From: an uncultured Acidobacteriota bacterium | Lineage (GTDB): Bacteria; Acidobacteriota; DATKUA01 | Assembly (NCBI GenBank): GCA_964408025.1 | Contig: CAYOXX010000004.1 | Span: 4,148 to 68,147, forward strand | DNA length: 64,000 bases | Direction: 5' to 3' | Shown: positions 19,267 through 30,038 of the stretch, in pieces | How the letters are laid out: each line of letters starts with the position of its first letter | Numbering within the stretch: position 1 is the first letter of the stretch | Notes under the pieces: generated by a model | What the model saw: the letters and a program-made list of their open reading frames with translations, nothing else | What the model was told of the DNA's origin: nothing | Database searches by the model: none | Made by a program: the position numbers and the translations under genes

Positions 19267-20385
19267 ATGGGGCAACGCGATTCAGAGAGCATCTATCTCT
19301 CCCACTTCGGCTTGAGGCGCAATCCTTTCGCGCTGACGCCAGACCCAAGGTTCTTCCTCAAGAGCAAGACGCACCTGGACGCCCTCGCCTCCCTTATCTA
19401 CGGCATCAAGGAACGCAAAGGATTCATACTGCTCACCGGCGAGGTCGGTACTGGCAAGACCACTGTGCTGCGCACGCTGCTGGAGAGCATCGACCCGAAC
19501 GTGCTCTTCTCCCACATAATCAACACCGACGTCTCCTTCATCCAGCTCCTGCGAATGGTCTGCATCGACTTCGGGCTGCCGGTTGACAACCGCACCCGAG
19601 TTCAGCTGGTCGATGATCTATACGATTTCCTTGTCGAGACCAGATTGGAAGGCAGAACCGCTTTGCTGATAGTAGACGAGGCGCAGAACCTGAGCCCGAA
19701 GGTTATGGAGAGCCTGAGGATGCTCTCCAATCTCGAAACGCCGCGCGAGAAGCTCCTGCAGATTCTGCTCTGCGGTCAACCGGAGCTCAGAAAAAAGCTG
19801 ACGCTCGGCTCCATGCGCCAGCTGGCACAAAGGATCGCAGTAAACGCAGAGCTGTCGCCCCTTTTACCCCGGGAGGTGGAGCGCTACATCTACCACCGCC
19901 TCAAGATCTGCAACTGCAGCGGCGACAAGCTCTTCCCCAACCCGATCGCCGCCCGCATAGCCGGGCTTTCGCGGGGAATTCCCCGGCTTATAAACATCCT
20001 CTGCGACGCCTGCCTGATGCTCTCTTACGCCGAGGGGAAGCGCGTAGTGAGCCGAGATGTGCTCAGAATCGCGGCCGACCAGTGTATGGTTATCGACACG
20101 CAGCCGGGAGCGGAGGACGCCTCGCCGGTGCCCTTATGGGCCACTGGACACGAAAAGATGGAGGAAAATACGGGCGCCAAGAAGGGCTTTGTTCTACGAA
20201 GCCTCGCCGCGATCGTCGCCCGTGTGGCGGCGATATTCCTCATCTTCCTCTTGATCGTCGTCTCAGGCGTACTGGCCCGACCGGCCGACCCGGCAGCCCC
20301 CTCGAAACCGCCAGAGGTGATGTGTAATAATGATTCCGCCAGCCGCTCGTCGCCGGAGATGGAGGTGGGGGTGGGGGGCGACTGA
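19267..20385 (+). CDS. ExeA-like AAA ATPase of the exosortase/PEP-CTERM polysaccharide locus type
   Basis: It has Walker A (LTGEVGTGKTT) and Walker B (LLIVDEAQNL), and is ExeA/GspA-like. It is the first gene of the polysaccharide locus. Confidence 0.65.
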   Translation: MGQRDSESIYLSHFGLRRNPFALTPDPRFFLKSKTHLDALASLIYGIKERKGFILLTGEVGTGKTTVLRTLLESIDPNVLFSHIINTDVSFIQLLRMVCIDFGLPVDNRTRVQLVDDLYDFLVETRLEGRTALLIVDEAQNLSPKVMESLRMLSNLETPREKLLQILLCGQPELRKKLTLGSMRQLAQRIAVNAELSPLLPREVERYIYHRLKICNCSGDKLFPNPIAARIAGLSRGIPRLINILCDACLMLSYAEGKRVVSRDVLRIAADQCMVIDTQPGAEDASPVPLWATGHEKMEENTGAKKGFVLRSLAAIVARVAAIFLIFLLIVVSGVLARPADPAAPSKPPEVMCNNDSASRSSPEMEVGVGGD

Positions 20386-20419
20386 TCTCAAGAAGCAACC
20401 ACAACGGAGTGACAAGCCG

Positions 20420-21202
20420 ATGGGAAAACTATGGGATGCTCTCAAGAAGGCCGATAGGGAGGGCGACGCGAACTACGTAAGCAAGTACGAAGGCTCCCTG
20501 GAGGACCCCCCCGCCGAATACGCCGGCGATCTCGATCTCTGCCTGACGACGAACATGGCCGAGGAGTACCGCAAGCTCATGAAGATCCTGAGCAAGTTGG
20601 GTCAGGAGAAGAACCTGGAGATCACGATGCTGATGGTGACCAGCTCCAGCGCCGGCGAAGGCGTCACCACAATCGCCGCCTCGCTGGCGGCGGGGATCGC
20701 CAAAGACATGCGCAACAGAAGCGTGCTGCTGGTTGACTCCAACCTCCGCACCCCCGACATCCACACGATGTTCAACCTGCTGCCCGCGCCTGGCCTGATC
20801 GAGGTGGTGACCGACTTCGAGCACCGCAAGGAGTTCCTGAGGGCCAGCCCGATCCGCCTGGTGCCCAACCTCCACATCCTCACCGCCGGCAACATCGACA
20901 TCATCGACTCCAACCCGCTCGAGATCCTGGAGAGCAAGCGCCTGATCACCTTCCTCGACGAGCTTCGGGGCGCCTACGACTTGGTTGTTCTCGATTGCCC
21001 CCCCGTCAACCCGTACTCCGACGCCCTCAGCCTCGCTCCCCACCTGGACGGCGCAATCCTGGTGGTCGACGCCGTCTCTACCCGCTGGGAGGTTGTTCGG
21101 AAGGCGCAGGAGAACCTTGATTTCGCCAACGCTAATCTGCTGGGAGTGTTGCTCAACAAGCGTAAGTTGGTCATCCCGAAATCAGTCTACAAACGTCTGT
21201 AA
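20420..21202 (+). CDS. polysaccharide-locus tyrosine-kinase-like P-loop ATPase (EpsG/CpsD-like, MinD/ParA fold)
   Basis: It has a deviant Walker A context (MLMVTSSSAGEGVTTIAASLAAG) and a Walker B context (LVVLDCPPV). The start at MGKLWDALKK is preferred over the longer ORF from 20330. Confidence 0.65.
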   Translation: MGKLWDALKKADREGDANYVSKYEGSLEDPPAEYAGDLDLCLTTNMAEEYRKLMKILSKLGQEKNLEITMLMVTSSSAGEGVTTIAASLAAGIAKDMRNRSVLLVDSNLRTPDIHTMFNLLPAPGLIEVVTDFEHRKEFLRASPIRLVPNLHILTAGNIDIIDSNPLEILESKRLITFLDELRGAYDLVVLDCPPVNPYSDALSLAPHLDGAILVVDAVSTRWEVVRKAQENLDFANANLLGVLLNKRKLVIPKSVYKRL

Positions 21203-21233
21203 ACGAACCTGGAGAAAGGGGCAGCTAGTAGCC

Positions 21234-22262
21234 ATGAGAAATCGATTCGGAAACCTCAGCCTCGCCGTCGCTGCCGCTGTCGTCGCGTCGGCTCTGCTCG
21301 GCAGCGGCTGCGCGACCGGAATCAGGCCGCCGGCGATCGAGATCCCGGAAGACGAGGCGTTCGACCCCTACGCCCCCGTACCGCCGCCGCCTCACTACTC
21401 GATCCGCCGCGGCGATACGCTCAGCGTCCACTTCCTCTACAACCCGGAGCTCAGCGTCGAGGGGGTTCCGGTCAGAGAAGACGGCATGATCACGTTGCCG
21501 GTGATCGGCGATATCGCCGCTGCCGACCAGTCGCCGGACCAGCTAACTGAGGACGTGCGCCAGCGCTACCTTCAATATGTTGAGGAATCGGGATACGGCA
21601 CCTACCTGCGCGCCGGCGACGAGTTGCAGCTGCGGTTCACCTACAACCCGCAGCTCAACCAGCGCTCATTCGTGCGGCCCGACGGCAGGATCTCCCTGTT
21701 GCTGCTCGGAGACCTGGAGGCCGACGGCATTCCGTTCACCGAGTTCGAGCAGACAGTTCGCGAAGGGTACGCCGAATACATCCAGGGCCCGGAGCTGTCG
21801 GTATACCTGCTGTCGACCAGGACCAAGCGGATCTATACCGATCCGGGGGACATCACCGTCCTCGTCTACACCACTCAGCCCAAGCAGGTCTTCGTCGGCG
21901 GCGAGGTAATGGAGGCGACGATCATCGAATTCCACGATTGGCTGACACCCTGGCAGGCGATCATGCAGGCCAAGGGTTTGACGGAGCGCGCCGATCCGCG
22001 CAGGGCGATCTACATCACGCGCGACGCCGACGGTCGCGCGGTGGCCACTAAGCTCGACCTCTCGGCCTACCTACACAGCGGAATGCGCAACACCAGCCTC
22101 TATATGCGCCACGGCGACGTGCTGATCATCCCGCGTACCGGCGTGTCCAAGCTCAACATGTTCGTCGAACAATACATCCGCAACAACCTCCCGATCCGTA
22201 CAAGCTTCGTCTTCTCCTACGTGGTAAACAGGTACGGTGGTGGTGGAGGTATCATCTATTAG
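21234..22262 (+). CDS. polysaccharide export protein (Wza/EpsE-like) with a duplicated Poly_export domain
   Basis: It has a lipoprotein signal (ALLGSGCATG). Two Poly_export-like repeats are present (IRRGDTLSVHFLYNPELS...LPVIGDI and LRAGDELQLRFTYNPQLN...LLLLGDL). The start is at 21234 rather than 20985. Confidence 0.7.
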   Translation: MRNRFGNLSLAVAAAVVASALLGSGCATGIRPPAIEIPEDEAFDPYAPVPPPPHYSIRRGDTLSVHFLYNPELSVEGVPVREDGMITLPVIGDIAAADQSPDQLTEDVRQRYLQYVEESGYGTYLRAGDELQLRFTYNPQLNQRSFVRPDGRISLLLLGDLEADGIPFTEFEQTVREGYAEYIQGPELSVYLLSTRTKRIYTDPGDITVLVYTTQPKQVFVGGEVMEATIIEFHDWLTPWQAIMQAKGLTERADPRRAIYITRDADGRAVATKLDLSAYLHSGMRNTSLYMRHGDVLIIPRTGVSKLNMFVEQYIRNNLPIRTSFVFSYVVNRYGGGGGIIY

Positions 22263-22269
22263 GTCAGAC

Positions 22270-22908
22270 ATGATGAGACACGCTTTCCTCGCAATGATCG
22301 TCCTCCTGACCGCTGCTGCCGCGCCGGCTCAGGAGTCATTAGACGAGAGAGTGCTGCCCGTGGCCACTTACAACGTGGCCGATCCCGACTTCGGGCTGAA
22401 CATGCACAGCGCACCAATGGTCGACCTGGGCGATGCGAGCCTTGTGCCCATCCGCGTGGATACGGAACCCGATACTTTCGGACCGGGCGGCGACATCCTC
22501 CAGTTCGAACCCTCATTCGGAGAAGACTCGGTCAAGATATTCCTCTTCCGCACGCCGCGGCCATTGTATGTGCGTACGGATCAGTCGATCCGCTTCCGCG
22601 TTCGCACCGAAGGCATATCCGAAGTCCTTTTCTGGCCGGAGTCGTACGCGGCCCCCTCGCAGTGGAACTTCAAGGTCGTAGAACTCCTGGGGGACGGAAC
22701 CTATTCCGTCCTCTACTCCAGCACGGTCCTCAACAACCAGTATATGCATGTCAGATTCAGCCGAGAGTCGACTCTAGAGTTCACCATTACACTACTGCGA
22801 TGGGACCGGGAGTTCACCCGTCGGCTTTGGTTAACCGTCAGCCCCTTTAGAATTTACGAAGACCACAACGGGCGTGTTATGCCGCGCGCCACCTATGATT
22901 GGCCCTGA
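22270..22908 (+). CDS. hypothetical secreted protein inside the polysaccharide locus
   Basis: It has a signal peptide (MMRHAFLAMIVLLTAAAAPAQE) and no motif I recognise. Confidence 0.4.
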   Translation: MMRHAFLAMIVLLTAAAAPAQESLDERVLPVATYNVADPDFGLNMHSAPMVDLGDASLVPIRVDTEPDTFGPGGDILQFEPSFGEDSVKIFLFRTPRPLYVRTDQSIRFRVRTEGISEVLFWPESYAAPSQWNFKVVELLGDGTYSVLYSSTVLNNQYMHVRFSRESTLEFTITLLRWDREFTRRLWLTVSPFRIYEDHNGRVMPRATYDWP

Positions 22909-22949
22909 TGGAAGGGAGCATCCGCTACTATTGCCTGGGGAGGTAAAAG

Positions 22950-24389
22950 ATGGCAACTGAGATGACAGATCAGACCAAAGCTGGCCGCCCGGGCCTCACG
23001 GCGCGGGATGTCCTCCACTCGACTTTCAAGCGCCTGCGCCTCTTCATCGGCATTCCGCTGGTAATAATCATCCTGATCGTCGCCGGCTCGCTGCTACTGG
23101 CGCCGGTATACGAGGCGAGCACAGACATCAAGATCGAAGACACCAACTACGAGAATGTCGGGTTGATAACTACGCGCTACGATTCGCGCAGCGACATTTT
23201 CCTGCGCAAGGAGCAACAGATCAATTCGGAGATCAACATCGCGCGCAGCGAGACGGTGCTGGAGGCGGTGGTGCGCCGCCTGGGCCTCTGGGAGCAGTGG
23301 ACACCCTCGAGCGGATCGGAGGCCGAAAGGATCAGTTCGGCCGTGAGCATTCTTCGAGACGAGCTCGAAGTCGAACCCTCGCTCGATTCGTGGGTTATCA
23401 CCATCAGGTACCGCAACCACGATCCGGCACTCGCCACAGAAGTCGTAAACGCGATGGCCGAAGAGTACATCAACCACAACATCAGCATGCACACGCTGCC
23501 ACAAGCAGCCCAGTTCTACGAGGAAACAATCGAGAGCGAAAGGGAAGAGCTTCGGCAGCTGCAGACGAGATTCCGGGAACTTGTGGAGAGCGAACAGGTG
23601 GTCGATTACGACGTCGAAATCGAGCAGAAGCTCGTCACCCGCACCGTCTTCGAGGAGCAGTTGACAGACGTCCAGACGCAGATCCTGAGCAGGGCGGCCA
23701 AGATACGCAGGATTAACGAATTCATGCGCGAGAACGTCGACGTGCTGATCCCGATCCCCGAGATCGCGCAAGTGCGCATCATCGAAGACCTCAATTACCG
23801 AATGGCCAACCTAAGGCTGGAGCTGGAGGCGTTGTTAGAGAAGTATACCGAGCGCGAACGCCGGGTCCAAACTGTGAGGGCGCAGATCGAGTCCGTCGAG
23901 GCTCAGATACGTGAGGAGGTGCGCAATTTCATCAACCAGGAGACGACGGAGCTGCGCAGGTTCGAGGCTGAAGAAGAAGCACTGGTGGAGGCGATCGCCG
24001 AGATCGACCAGGGGCTGATTAGCCTGCAGTCGGTGCAAGCGCCTTTCCAGAACCTGGTGCAGCAGATCGCAGACAAGCAGGAGATCATTAGCCAGCTCTC
24101 GCGGCAGTATACTGACAGCCTCCACGCCGGCCAAACCGATACCCGTTTGGCTAGGGCGAGGCAGATCAGCCCTGCGCTGGTGCCGCAGAAGCCGGTTTTC
24201 CCTGACCTGGGGCTGAACCTGCTGATAGGGATCCCGATTGCGCTCCTGATCGGCCTGTCGGTCATCATCTTCCTCGACTTCTTCGACCGCACCTTCCCGA
24301 CGCCCGAGAAGGTCGAGCGGGTGACCGGATTGCCGGTGCTGGCCACAATCAACTATACCGACCCGAAGAAGCAGCCAGTTTTCAGGTAA
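22950..24389 (+). CDS. polysaccharide chain-length determinant protein (Wzz/EpsF-like)
   Basis: An N-terminal TM (LFIGIPLVIIILIVAG) is followed by a long coiled-coil periplasmic region and a C-terminal TM (LLIGIPIALLIGLSVIIF). Confidence 0.7.
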   Translation: MATEMTDQTKAGRPGLTARDVLHSTFKRLRLFIGIPLVIIILIVAGSLLLAPVYEASTDIKIEDTNYENVGLITTRYDSRSDIFLRKEQQINSEINIARSETVLEAVVRRLGLWEQWTPSSGSEAERISSAVSILRDELEVEPSLDSWVITIRYRNHDPALATEVVNAMAEEYINHNISMHTLPQAAQFYEETIESEREELRQLQTRFRELVESEQVVDYDVEIEQKLVTRTVFEEQLTDVQTQILSRAAKIRRINEFMRENVDVLIPIPEIAQVRIIEDLNYRMANLRLELEALLEKYTERERRVQTVRAQIESVEAQIREEVRNFINQETTELRRFEAEEEALVEAIAEIDQGLISLQSVQAPFQNLVQQIADKQEIISQLSRQYTDSLHAGQTDTRLARARQISPALVPQKPVFPDLGLNLLIGIPIALLIGLSVIIFLDFFDRTFPTPEKVERVTGLPVLATINYTDPKKQPVFR

Positions 24390-24437
24390 GCCCTTTAGGA
24401 ACAGCTTTTTCGCCGGTCGAGGGGAACGATTGAGGCA

Positions 24438-25946
24438 GTGGCCGGTAGAGGAGTAGTAATGGGAACGGCGGTAAGTCGAGCGCGGGGGAATGGGATTCTC
24501 TCGGCCGTTCTGGTCGGCGCCTTTTTCGGTATACTACCTGCTGCCATTCTCCTGGCTACACCGCTTCTGCCCTTCAGGTGGTATCTATTCGCCGTCCTCC
24601 TGCTCGGCGCCGTGGCCCTTGTCCTCGTCTTCCGCAATAACAGGCTCTTCCACATCGGCCTGCTGGCCTTCTCCCTCTGCCTCAACCTCGACATCCATAT
24701 CGTCACATTGCCGATGGTGAGCTACCAATCCCTGTACGGGTACATCATCCCAATTACTCTCTTCCCGCTGATCTTTCTTTACGTTCGCCGTATTTGGGAA
24801 TTCTGGGCCGACAAGGAGCGGCGCGAGCCGATGAAGCGCGCCATGCTGCCGCTGGCCGTATTCGCCGCATTCTGCCTGGTCAGCATTTTGCCAAGCGGGT
24901 CGCCAGAGCACACGCGATACGAACTCTTCGCCCTGGCCCAGAGTTTGCTCATCTACTACTATCTCGCCGGAAATATCCGCACCCGCAAAGAGGTGCGCAT
25001 AATCGTCTACGCGCTCATCGCCGGCGTCGCACTGCAGGCGGTGCTGGCGACGCTGCAGTACCTCACCGGCTCTTACCTCGGTCTCGGGATATTCGGCGAA
25101 TCGGAACGGCAATTCGGCGAGATGGTCAGCCTGTTGTCCATCACCCGAGTTTCGGGCACGATGGGGCACCCCAACTCGCTGGCCATTTATCTGGAATTCC
25201 TGCTCCCGGTATCCCTGGCGGCGGCGCTGACAAGCAGGGCGGGACCCAAACGCTGGCTCCTGATGGGAATCGCCGCGTTCGGTGTACTGGCACTGATATT
25301 CACTCTCTCCCGGGCGGGATTGTTAGTAAGTGTTTTCTCCTTGATTACCGTGCTGCTAGTCTGGGGAAAGAGAAACCGCCGCCTGGGATTCGTCCTCGCG
25401 GCGATTCTGGCCTGCCTGGCTATCGGTATGGCAATATTCTCGCTCGTCGAGAACCCAATCAAAGCGCGGTTTTTCAAGGACCGCTACCAGGCCGCGTACA
25501 GCCGCCTGCCGATGATGTCGGTGGCCTTCCGGATGATCGAGGACAACTTCCTCTTCGGCGTCGGGCTCAACACATACACGTGGGTTGCGCCGCGTTACGA
25601 TTCCACGACCGAGAAAATCTCCCGCATCTTCCCCCTGCCGGTGCACAACATGTACCTACTGATGCTGGCGGAGATCGGCATATTCGGTTTCCTGGCCTTC
25701 ATTGTGTTCATGATTACCCTGCTAACGAAGGGCTTGAAAATCGCCAGGGCAGCGGATAAGGAGATGGCCCTGATCGGCCTGGGAATAACCATGGGAATCC
25801 TCGCCTTCTCCATTCACGGAATGGTCGACGTAAACCACATATCCAAGAACTTCACCTTCTGGCTACTCGCCGGCACACTCGTCGGCATCTGGAACCTCCT
25901 GCGCAGGAAGCCCGTTTCCGCCGGCCTTCCCAACCATACCGAATAG
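24438..25946 (+). CDS. O-antigen ligase/polymerase-like membrane protein (Wzy_C domain)
   Basis: It has about 12 TM helices and a Wzy_C-type loop (FTLSRAGLLVSVF...). Confidence 0.65.
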   Translation: MAGRGVVMGTAVSRARGNGILSAVLVGAFFGILPAAILLATPLLPFRWYLFAVLLLGAVALVLVFRNNRLFHIGLLAFSLCLNLDIHIVTLPMVSYQSLYGYIIPITLFPLIFLYVRRIWEFWADKERREPMKRAMLPLAVFAAFCLVSILPSGSPEHTRYELFALAQSLLIYYYLAGNIRTRKEVRIIVYALIAGVALQAVLATLQYLTGSYLGLGIFGESERQFGEMVSLLSITRVSGTMGHPNSLAIYLEFLLPVSLAAALTSRAGPKRWLLMGIAAFGVLALIFTLSRAGLLVSVFSLITVLLVWGKRNRRLGFVLAAILACLAIGMAIFSLVENPIKARFFKDRYQAAYSRLPMMSVAFRMIEDNFLFGVGLNTYTWVAPRYDSTTEKISRIFPLPVHNMYLLMLAEIGIFGFLAFIVFMITLLTKGLKIARAADKEMALIGLGITMGILAFSIHGMVDVNHISKNFTFWLLAGTLVGIWNLLRRKPVSAGLPNHTE

Positions 25947-26228
25947 CCGAAACCCGCCCCAATGCGCGGCGCACCCGCTCCCTATGTGGCCAGCCGGCAG
26001 GCCTTTGTCTCGCCGGCGCACCGAATCGACATGTCCACCCGCTCCGGGAGTTCCCCGGAAACGGTTTACGGTTTTCACTGTCTTACTGGAGGGATCACCG
26101 TTTCCACATCCTGAAATCCCGGGACATCCGAGAAATCAGCACCGTATTTTGGGGCAATTCCTGAAACTACACCAGTTGACCGCGGATTGGGTATCGCCTA
26201 CACTTTCGGAAAGCCAGAAGGTTTGTAG

Positions 26229-27311
26229 ATGGTTCTCCTGAGAACGCTTGTTGTGGCGACGAAACGCGGCTTAAGCACCCTGGCGACCGGCCTCTCCATG
26301 CGAACGGGCGTGCCGGTCGGCAAGCCCACGATGGTCTACATCCAGGTGACCGATAAGTGCAACTCGCGCTGCCCCATGTGCGACATCTGGAAGCGCTACG
26401 ACACAGTCCGGCACATAGAGTTCGAGATCATCAAGAAGAGGATCGACGACATCCACGACTGGCTCGGGCGAACCCACATTCAGCTGGGGACCGGCGAGCC
26501 GTTTCTCCATCCAGACATCATGAAGATCGTCGAGTACGGCAACTCCAAAGGGATGCTGATGGGCACCGTCACCAACGCCCTTTTGATCAACGATAGAATA
26601 GCCCGCGGCATCATCGCCAATAACTTCTTCAACCTGAACATCTCACTGGACGGCGTCAAGCCGGAAACGCACGCCTTCACGCGCGGCATCCCCAACGCCT
26701 ACGACAGAGTGATGGAAGCTATCGACAGGCTGCTGTTCTACAAGAAAGAGCTCAACGGCGGCACAAGGATCATGCTCAAGCCGATAATATTCAATGGCAA
26801 CATCGACCAGCTGATTCCGCTCGTCGAGTTCGCCAAGGAGAAGGGATTGAGCGGCGTCAACTTTCAGCCGGTTCAGCTCATCAACGAGCAGTGCAGGAAG
26901 ATGCTCGTGTTTGAAGACCCCGAAAAGCTACGCGGCACAATCGCCGAGCTGAAAGAGATGAAGAAGAGGGGCTACCCGATTCTCAACACCGACCGCGAGC
27001 TCGACGCCTTTATTCAGTACTTCGAGAAGCCTGACCGCAGGCCGCCGCTTCTGGACAAGAAGTGCCCGGTCGGCTACTCGAACCTCTGGGTACTCGACGG
27101 CGGCGTCGTCCATTTCTGCACGCTCATAGATGCGCCGGTGGGCCACGTGAATGACTTCGGCAGCTTCAAGAAGCTATGGCGCTCCGGCGCGGCCAAGAAG
27201 GTGAGGAAAAGAATCGCCGCCTGCAAGCGCCCCTGCCTGGCGGTCTGCCTCATCAGAAGAACCCTGCGGGAGCAGATCAAGCGCTTCCTCACCTTCATGA
27301 GGAGTCATTGA
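26229..27311 (+). CDS. radical SAM protein with C-terminal SPASM-like cysteine cluster
   Basis: It carries a CxxxCxxC motif (CNSRCPMC) and a C-terminal Cys-rich region (CPVGYSNLWVLDGGVVHFC...CKRPCLAVC). The start may instead be the internal Met at about 26298. Confidence 0.7.
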   Translation: MVLLRTLVVATKRGLSTLATGLSMRTGVPVGKPTMVYIQVTDKCNSRCPMCDIWKRYDTVRHIEFEIIKKRIDDIHDWLGRTHIQLGTGEPFLHPDIMKIVEYGNSKGMLMGTVTNALLINDRIARGIIANNFFNLNISLDGVKPETHAFTRGIPNAYDRVMEAIDRLLFYKKELNGGTRIMLKPIIFNGNIDQLIPLVEFAKEKGLSGVNFQPVQLINEQCRKMLVFEDPEKLRGTIAELKEMKKRGYPILNTDRELDAFIQYFEKPDRRPPLLDKKCPVGYSNLWVLDGGVVHFCTLIDAPVGHVNDFGSFKKLWRSGAAKKVRKRIAACKRPCLAVCLIRRTLREQIKRFLTFMRSH

Positions 27312-27514
27312 GTCAGCCCCGCACGGATAAGCCGGCTGTTACCTTCTCCCTATTCGTCCACAAACCTGTGCGAGGGCATCGGCCAAGTTGGTTACCGGCC
27401 GCTTCAGTATCGCCATGGCGCCGCGCGACGAGTGGGTATTGCCGGGGTAGTCAGCGGGAGTCGTTCCCGACGTCGATGGAAGAATGGCCCAAGAATCAGC
27501 AGTTGAGTTTATAA

Positions 27515-29044
27515 TTGCGGGGCGGCCAGAGAGGAAAACTAGGGGACTTAATCCAAATGGCGCGACCTCCTGAGGACATGGTCTCGCGTCCGCAAAGTGC
27601 CCGCACACTGATAGCGGACCCAAGTCTAACCGGATCACGATTTGTCCGAAACAGTATCCTTCTAATCGCCATTGAGATGTTTAGCAAGCTCCTCGGCCTG
27701 ATCTTGTTCGCGTTCATAGCCCGCTTTCTAGGAGCGAATGAACTTGGACTATATGCTTTCGCCATCGCACTTGCCAACTTCTTTGCGATCGCTACTAGGT
27801 TCGGCTTCGAGAAGCGCGTAGAAAAGGAGGTTGGCCGCAACACCCGCCTGCTCTATTCCTATTTCAGGGAGATTAATTCAATTAAAGCCATCTTTTCCAT
27901 TTGCTCTCTTGCCTTGCTCTGGCTATTACTTCAGCTCGTCGGCGAAGCCGACTCGCCAATGGTGATGCTGATCGCATGCTTCGTTTTCACCTTCACATTC
28001 CTCGAGTTCACTAACGCGCTCTTCCGCGGCATCGGCAAGGCTGAATTCGAGGTGTTTGCGCGAACCGTTTTCTCTTTGCTCAACACAACTCTGGGCATAG
28101 CCGCTCTTTTCGCCGGCTGGGGGCTTCAAGGAGTGGTGACGGCGCAACTGATCAGCGTCTCCACGGCGATACTCTATTGCTTCTTCATCGTCAGGAAAGT
28201 TGCCATTAAAACCAGCTACAGTGGGAACTGGCGCACACTCTGGAGTCACGTGAAAGCCACCGCCCCATTCGCCGTCATGCTATTCATCCTTTACTTCGGA
28301 AATCAAATCACCATCGTTCTCATACAGGCCCTGACGAGAAGAGAGGAAGTGGGTTACTTCGCAGCCTCGATGAGGCTTTTCGAAAGCCTCACTCCCATCC
28401 CAGCCGCTATTGCGGGAGCCTTCCTGCCTGTAATCAGCAGGCTCTATAGCACTTCAGTGGACGGGTTCGCGCAGATCCTCCGCTTCGCCGTGAAATACCT
28501 TTTCGTAATCTCGTCTCCGATTGTGCTCGGCGCAATATTAATCGCTCCGCAGGCGATCCCCCTCCTTTACGGAGAGGAGTTCATGCCGTCGGTTATAGTC
28601 CTTCAGATCTTACTGGTCGCACTGATCTTCAGCTTCTGGAACAACTCCATGGCGAGTGCGTTGATCGCTAGCAACCGCGAGAAGTTACTTATCTGGTTGT
28701 TCGCCTGCGGAGCTGTTTTTCATGTCGGGGCTAATTTATTGCTAATCCCGATGCTCTCGTTCGTCGGCGCCGCTTGGGCGATGCTGGCCAGTTGCGCAGT
28801 TCTCTTCATCGGCAACCTCGTTTGCCTGCGACGTCACCTGAAGATCGGCGTCTTCTTCAGGGACCTGGCTTCACCTGCCCTCTGCGCGGCAGCCATGGGG
28901 ATAGTGGTTTTCACAATCCGCGACTGGAATATCGGCCTCGTGATCCCGATCGGAGCGATTGTCTATATCGCAGCACTATTTCTAACCGGTACGGCCAGCA
29001 GGCGCGATCTGGACAGCCTCAAAGGCACAATCGGGGCCCCGTAA
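27515..29044 (+). CDS. polysaccharide flippase (Wzx/MOP-family oligosaccharide flippase)
   Basis: It has about 12-14 TM helices and a Wzx-type N-terminal region (SILLIAIEMFSKLLGLILFAFIARFLGANELGLYA). The start may be at 27557 (MARPPE). Confidence 0.65.
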   Translation: MRGGQRGKLGDLIQMARPPEDMVSRPQSARTLIADPSLTGSRFVRNSILLIAIEMFSKLLGLILFAFIARFLGANELGLYAFAIALANFFAIATRFGFEKRVEKEVGRNTRLLYSYFREINSIKAIFSICSLALLWLLLQLVGEADSPMVMLIACFVFTFTFLEFTNALFRGIGKAEFEVFARTVFSLLNTTLGIAALFAGWGLQGVVTAQLISVSTAILYCFFIVRKVAIKTSYSGNWRTLWSHVKATAPFAVMLFILYFGNQITIVLIQALTRREEVGYFAASMRLFESLTPIPAAIAGAFLPVISRLYSTSVDGFAQILRFAVKYLFVISSPIVLGAILIAPQAIPLLYGEEFMPSVIVLQILLVALIFSFWNNSMASALIASNREKLLIWLFACGAVFHVGANLLLIPMLSFVGAAWAMLASCAVLFIGNLVCLRRHLKIGVFFRDLASPALCAAAMGIVVFTIRDWNIGLVIPIGAIVYIAALFLTGTASRRDLDSLKGTIGAP

Positions 29045-29087
29045 GCCTATCCGACCACCGGCCGCCGAGGGAGATCACGAGTTCGCG

Positions 29088-30038
29088 CTAAGCGCGCTTG
29101 CGGCGGAAGAACAGATACGTCCCCTTCCTGAAGAGCCTCCTATACAGAGGTCCCAATAGGGCTTTAAGCGCGGAAACGATCGGCTTCCTGGCCACCCCGT
29201 ATGCGTAGCGGATACGGTAGGGTATGAAGGCGAGCTCGAGGTCGGCTATCTCAGCCATCCTCACAACAGACTTGAAGACGTAACAATTGATATGCTCGAG
29301 CGGGGCCACCGGGTTGAGGGAGTTCCTGGAGCCGGTGGGCGCGCTCCAGTCGCCGCGCTTCAGCTTCCGCCTTATTCCGTTGCCCTCTGGAACGCTGATC
29401 TTAATCAGGCCCTCGGGGCGCAATCCCCGCTTCAGGTAAAGTAGTGTTTCCAGCGGTCGCGGGATGTGCTCGAAGACCTGCTCGGCGTTGATGAAATCGA
29501 ATTCGGAGCCCGGAATCTCCTCCCAGCCAATCGCCTCGACGCCAAGCCCGCGGGCGTGTTCGATACGCGCTGCGGAGAGCTCGCTGCCGCGAGCGTGGCA
29601 GCCGAACGCCTTGGCCATCAGGCACCACTCGCCCCAACCCATGCCGAAATCGAGGAAGCTCAGGCGGCCTGGCTCGCCGCCGAGCCAGGCGATGACCATC
29701 ATTATCTCTCTCGCCGCGGTGGCGCGGCTGGCGAGGCCGGTCTCCTGAAACTTGCGCCCGAACGCCTTCGCCGGGTCGATCCATTCCTCGTACAGCTTCC
29801 CCATCATCTCATCGCTGAGGATGTTCCTCTGGAACACCAGTCCGCAGTGGCTGCACTCTTCCAGAACGTATTCAGCTCCCTCCAGGTACTCGAACTCCAC
29901 ACCGCCCTGGGGTGAATAGAACGTCTCCAGGTAACTTCTTATCGGTTCCTCGAGGAAGCGACAGCGATAGATGGTTTCGAATTCCGCCGCCCCGCAGGCC
30001 GGGCAGGCAATCCGTTCGACAAAACTATCCAATTGCAT
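29088..30038 (-). CDS. SAM-dependent methyltransferase with N-terminal zinc-ribbon (CPACG...CSHCG)
   Basis: It has the methyltransferase motifs LSFLDFGMGWGEW and an acidic loop. A GGAGG RBS sits 8 nt before the ATG at 30038, so the longer ORF to 30116 was rejected. Confidence 0.65.
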   Translation of the reverse strand: MQLDSFVERIACPACGAAEFETIYRCRFLEEPIRSYLETFYSPQGGVEFEYLEGAEYVLEECSHCGLVFQRNILSDEMMGKLYEEWIDPAKAFGRKFQETGLASRATAAREIMMVIAWLGGEPGRLSFLDFGMGWGEWCLMAKAFGCHARGSELSAARIEHARGLGVEAIGWEEIPGSEFDFINAEQVFEHIPRPLETLLYLKRGLRPEGLIKISVPEGNGIRRKLKRGDWSAPTGSRNSLNPVAPLEHINCYVFKSVVRMAEIADLELAFIPYRIRYAYGVARKPIVSALKALLGPLYRRLFRKGTYLFFRRKRA